From an uncultured Verrucomicrobiae bacterium (GTDB lineage: Bacteria; Verrucomicrobiota; Verrucomicrobiia; Chthoniobacterales; UBA10450), in contig CAVTMK010000004.1 of NCBI GenBank assembly GCA_963735805.1, forward strand, positions 320,001-384,000: DNA of 64,000 bases. The letters run 5' to 3'. Shown here in pieces: positions 60,332 to 64,000 of the stretch (position 1 is its first letter; the number at the start of each line of letters is the position of its first letter). The translations under genes were made by a program, and so were the position numbers. The notes beneath the pieces were generated by a model, which worked only from the letters and a program-made list of their open reading frames with translations, searched no databases and was not told the origin of the DNA.

Positions 60332-61945
60332 ATGATCATCTCGCCTGGCCGTGGCGTGAGGCGGGTCGTCTCGGCCTTTCTCGTGAGCTTGTTCCTGCTT
60401 TTGCCGATTCCGCTTTTGGCTCAGCAGGACGATCCGAGCGAAATTTTTCTCAAAGCTTATCTGTCAGCGCAGCAGGGTGAGAAGCTGGAGCACGAAAACC
60501 GATTCAAGACTGCGCTCGCCAAATTTCGGTTTGCGGGAAGCCTCATCGAAGAATTGCGCAGGGGGCATCCGGATTGGCAGCCAGCTATCGTAGAATATCG
60601 TGGCCGTAAGATCAGCGACGGAATCCTGAAAGTTCAGGACCGCATATCGAGACAAAATGAACTAAGCGCAGCAGCAAGCCCTTTGCCGGAGGTTGTTCCT
60701 TCGCTTCCGGAGAATGAGGCCTGGTCCGAGCCCGGCCCTGAGGTGGTAGCTCCGCAAGGGCCCGACACAGTCTCCCAAGGATCGAGCGATGCAGCGATTG
60801 AAGAAGCAACGACGAGATTACGCCGCAAGGTCGATCAACTACAAACGGCGCTCGAAAAGTCGCGCACTGATCTTGAAACCGCACGAAAGGACAAGGAAGC
60901 GGTTAACACGCGTCTGCAGGAAACAAGTTCCAATCTCACTCATGCTCAAAACGAAATTGAAGCGTGGAAAGAATCAGAACATCGGGCACGCGATCAACTC
61001 GCGCAGACGCAGACGTCGCGGGCCAGCAGCACCACGGAGCAATTGCGGGCACAGATTGCCGATTTGAAAAATAAAGTTGTTCTTGCCGAAGAGGCCCGCG
61101 CAGCAGCAGAAAGCCAAAAGGACCAAACCAACGCAAAACTTGCCGAGGCCACCAAGCAAATCGCTGCGGTAGAGCAGCAACGCGATGCAGCGTTCGGCCA
61201 ACTAAAAGCAGGGCGCGAAACGGAACAACCAGCGCCGGTGCTCTTTTCTGAGAATGGCGATTTCAAGCTAAAACTGGCGGATGCGGAGAAAGACGAGTCC
61301 GCCAACAACAATTCAACAAGGGCGGAGGAACTGGCAGGAGTGAACCAGGAGGTTACGCAGCTGCAGCAGCAACTGGCGGAGAGTCAGAAACAGAATCAGT
61401 ATCTTATCGCCAGAATCGGGGAGCTTTGGGTGCACTTGGATGAGACCGGTGCGCAGCTTCAGAGGGTGAAGCGGACCGGCAAAAACCGCGAGGAGATGGA
61501 TCACCTGACAAGGGAAAACGAAGTCCTGCGAAACATCCTTGTGCGCGAACGTCAGGAAGAAGCTCGTCGGGATGATGCAAGAAAGTTGATGCTGACGGAG
61601 CTGGACAAGTTAAAAATCAAATCTGATGCGTTGAATAGGGAAATCGAATTTCTGGCCCAGCCCATTACAAAATTAAGCAGTGAAGAACTCAATCTACTGC
61701 AGCAGCCTGCGGTTTCAGTTTCGGATCAAAACCGCGGCGTAGTCACTGCACATTTTATTTTTGCGAAGAAATCCGCGGGAGATCCAATCGGGGACGCAGG
61801 GGCAATGAACAATTCCGGCGGGTCAAAAGGAGAGATAATCGACGACCCGCAAAGTCTTGCTCATGCTGCAAAAGGGAGCTTTAGCGTCAAGAGCACCGGC
61901 CAACAGAAGGCAATATCGGAAAACCTTGACCAGGGATCTGAATGA
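60332..61945 (+). CDS. Exported long coiled-coil protein, possibly 3'-truncated
   Basis: Signal peptide ending LLAQQ; helical N-domain (PDWQPAIV.YR); long heptad-rich region. Confidence 0.7.
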   Translation: MIISPGRGVRRVVSAFLVSLFLLLPIPLLAQQDDPSEIFLKAYLSAQQGEKLEHENRFKTALAKFRFAGSLIEELRRGHPDWQPAIVEYRGRKISDGILKVQDRISRQNELSAAASPLPEVVPSLPENEAWSEPGPEVVAPQGPDTVSQGSSDAAIEEATTRLRRKVDQLQTALEKSRTDLETARKDKEAVNTRLQETSSNLTHAQNEIEAWKESEHRARDQLAQTQTSRASSTTEQLRAQIADLKNKVVLAEEARAAAESQKDQTNAKLAEATKQIAAVEQQRDAAFGQLKAGRETEQPAPVLFSENGDFKLKLADAEKDESANNNSTRAEELAGVNQEVTQLQQQLAESQKQNQYLIARIGELWVHLDETGAQLQRVKRTGKNREEMDHLTRENEVLRNILVRERQEEARRDDARKLMLTELDKLKIKSDALNREIEFLAQPITKLSSEELNLLQQPAVSVSDQNRGVVTAHFIFAKKSAGDPIGDAGAMNNSGGSKGEIIDDPQSLAHAAKGSFSVKSTGQQKAISENLDQGSE

Positions 61946-62036
61946 CCTTTGGCCGATTTGCGGTTGGCGGTGGATCGACCGCAAAATCTAACGGCGATTA
62001 TTCGATCGGCTCAAATCAGGCCAGCCGCTAATCTTC

Positions 62037-62765
62037 ATGCGCGTTCTCCGTGCGGTATTCATTGCGCTTGTCACCGCGTTCGTGGGCTGCCTCCTTGCCT
62101 TCTTCGTCGGCGATTACTTAACCAGGGTTGCGCACATGTCCGACATGGAGGGCGGTCGAGGGATGTTCGTCGTCTTTGTGTGTGCGCCGGTCGGGATTTT
62201 AGTGGGCTTGGTGATTGGTATCATTTTGTCGATCCTGGTCCGGCAGCAAGGAGTCGCTGGATTTTTCGCTGCACAAGGTTGGTCGCTTCTGATTGTTTGC
62301 GGCCTCGCCGGTCTGTTGGCGGGCGTTCCGTATCTGCTCTCGGATAAACCCCCAAGGATCGATGGGAAACTCCTTGAGTTGCAGTTCGAGCTTCGCGCCC
62401 CGGCAACATTTAAGATCCCAGATCAACCTGACGGATACAGCGTCCGGGTTAGCCTTTACGCTGACAATCGGCAAAATCAGTACGCTTTCATTGACTGGAG
62501 CACGATCACAAAAGATGGCGAACATATTACGGTTCCCGGACATGTCCCACTGTTGACGCATAGCAAAACCAGATCGCTTCTGGCCTCAATCGGCAATGAA
62601 CCGGTTGCGTCGCAGTTTATCGACTTAAAAATTCCAGCTACGCCACGGAAGGAAAACGAAACTTGGTCTGACTGGACTTTCGCCACGCAACGTGCGGATC
62701 TCAGTCAGGTTCCCGAGCCGGAAAGACTCGCTCTCCGGTATCGCGTCCGCCCAGTCAACGATTGA
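62037..62765 (+). CDS. Hypothetical membrane protein
   Basis: Three N-terminal TM helices around SDMEGGRGM, then a soluble beta-rich domain. Confidence 0.7.
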   Translation: MRVLRAVFIALVTAFVGCLLAFFVGDYLTRVAHMSDMEGGRGMFVVFVCAPVGILVGLVIGIILSILVRQQGVAGFFAAQGWSLLIVCGLAGLLAGVPYLLSDKPPRIDGKLLELQFELRAPATFKIPDQPDGYSVRVSLYADNRQNQYAFIDWSTITKDGEHITVPGHVPLLTHSKTRSLLASIGNEPVASQFIDLKIPATPRKENETWSDWTFATQRADLSQVPEPERLALRYRVRPVND

Positions 62766-62802
62766 TCTGTAATGGCGGCCTGTGACCCGCCGTATCTGCC
62801 AC

Positions 62803-63531
62803 GTGAAACCATTTCTTACAGCTAACTGGCGCTATCTGGCGATGCTGAATTACCTCGTCGACCCCACCTTTGTTGAACCGCTCGTTCCGGCTGGCACCGA
62901 GATCGATTATGAGAACGGCGAAACGTTCATTAGCGTTGTCGGATTTCTGTTTCTCGATACCCGTCTCCTGGGCTTTCCAATCCCACTGCATCGCGATTTC
63001 GAAGAAGTGAATCTACGTTTCTACGTCAGGAGAAAATCGGCCGACACCTGGCGACGCGGTGTAGTTTTCGTCCGCGAGCTTGTGCCTCGTCGTGCAATTG
63101 CTCTGGTTGCCCGTGCATTTTACGGAGAGCGCTATTTGGCCCTCCCAATGAAACACAATATAGAGCACGTCGATGGCAAATTGAGGGTCGAATATTCCTG
63201 GCGACACGAAAAAAAATGGGAATTTCTCAGGATGATCGCGTCCGGTGAACAGCAATCAATTCCCAGCGGGTCACACGCTGAGTTTATTACGGACCATTAT
63301 TGGGGATACACCTGTATGCGGGACGGTTGCAGCGAATACCGAGTGGAACACCCACGCTGGAAAATCTGGTTCGCAACCAATTTCGAATTCAACGCGGATA
63401 CGGCGGCTCTTTACGGCGAACAATTCGCGGAAACATTGAGTGAGCGGCCGCGCTCGGCATTCATTGCCGACGGTTCCCCGATCGAAGTTCAAAAACGCGA
63501 GATATTGGAGGCGGCTCGAGATACGCTTTAG
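62803..63531 (+). CDS. DUF2071 (YqjF-like) protein
   Basis: FLTANWRYL...NY, FEEVNLRFYV, FITDHYWGY, YRVEHPRW. Confidence 0.85.
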   Translation: MKPFLTANWRYLAMLNYLVDPTFVEPLVPAGTEIDYENGETFISVVGFLFLDTRLLGFPIPLHRDFEEVNLRFYVRRKSADTWRRGVVFVRELVPRRAIALVARAFYGERYLALPMKHNIEHVDGKLRVEYSWRHEKKWEFLRMIASGEQQSIPSGSHAEFITDHYWGYTCMRDGCSEYRVEHPRWKIWFATNFEFNADTAALYGEQFAETLSERPRSAFIADGSPIEVQKREILEAARDTL

Positions 63532-63538
63532 ACAATCG

Positions 63539-64000
63539 TTATCTCGATAGCAATTGCCTTAGGACAAACGGCAAAATCCCACCGTGTCGATAGTAATCGA
63601 TTTCAATTGGCGTATCGATGCGAACCTTCACGAGTACTGAACGCTTCTGCCGATCTTTGTTTTCGATCTCGAGCGTTACAGTCTCTCCGGGCCTGATTGC
63701 GTCCGACAGACCAGCAATCGAAAAGATTTCCGAACCTTCGAGCCCGAGTGATTGCGCGGTTGTTCCATCGGGAAATTGCAATGGCAACACGCCCATGCCC
63801 ACGAGATTTGAGCGATGAATCCGTTCAAAGCTCGCAGCGACGACCACCTTCACACCTAACAAACGCGTTCCTTTCGCAGCCCAGTCGCGTGATGAACCGG
63901 TGCCGTACTCGTGGCCGGCAAGAATAACCAGCGGAGTATTAGACTCCGCGTATTTCATTGCTGCGTCGAAGATCGACATCTCCACACCTTCACCGTTCGC
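63539..64000 (-). CDS. acnA: Aconitate hydratase A, C-terminal part (runs off right edge)
   Basis: [44 protein letters not shown]. Confidence 0.96.
   Translation of the reverse strand, partial: ANGEGVEMSIFDAAMKYAESNTPLVILAGHEYGTGSSRDWAAKGTRLLGVKVVVAASFERIHRSNLVGMGVLPLQFPDGTTAQSLGLEGSEIFSIAGLSDAIRPGETVTLEIENKDRQKRSVLVKVRIDTPIEIDYYRHGGILPFVLRQLLSR

Overview
A gene-dense, mostly housekeeping 64 kb bacterial chromosome segment. Lineage-typical genes (Minf_1886-type protein, an 'SGKEMK..PPP' beta-barrel, mreBCD-mrdA-rng order) suggest Verrucomicrobiota, probably a soil Spartobacteria/Chthoniobacterales-like organism; this is an inference. Contents: a partial ccsA-type gene missed by the ORF track, a ~1280-aa GH81 beta-1,3-glucanase split by a 1-bp frameshift, mlaEFD, iaaA, Lhr helicase, carA, a 6S RNA candidate, rplT-pheS-pheT (no infC/rpmI), CHASE2 adenylate cyclase, mpl, secretin and GspE/PilB ATPase, rpe, mreBCD-mrdA-rng, thiH-thiS, nfeD, dnaG-rpoD, ribD, tRNA-Arg(UCG), a TonB-dependent receptor, tRNA-His and a partial aconitase. 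I found no CRISPR array, integrase, transposase or prophage. The most unusual signals are non-coding or regulatory: (1) at least five intergenic elements built from ~4 tandem octamers, a spacer and ~4 inverted octamers, plus related elements with other units; (2) a 104-125 bp REP/MITE-like palindrome family, one copy of which lies in-frame in the 5' end of nfeD; (3) a shared ECF-like promoter motif before an orphan anti-sigma-like/DUF3106-like pair behind rpoD and before two Gly/Tyr-rich secreted proteins; (4) structured leaders before rplT and mreB. All calls come from reading motifs by eye; no database searches were run.
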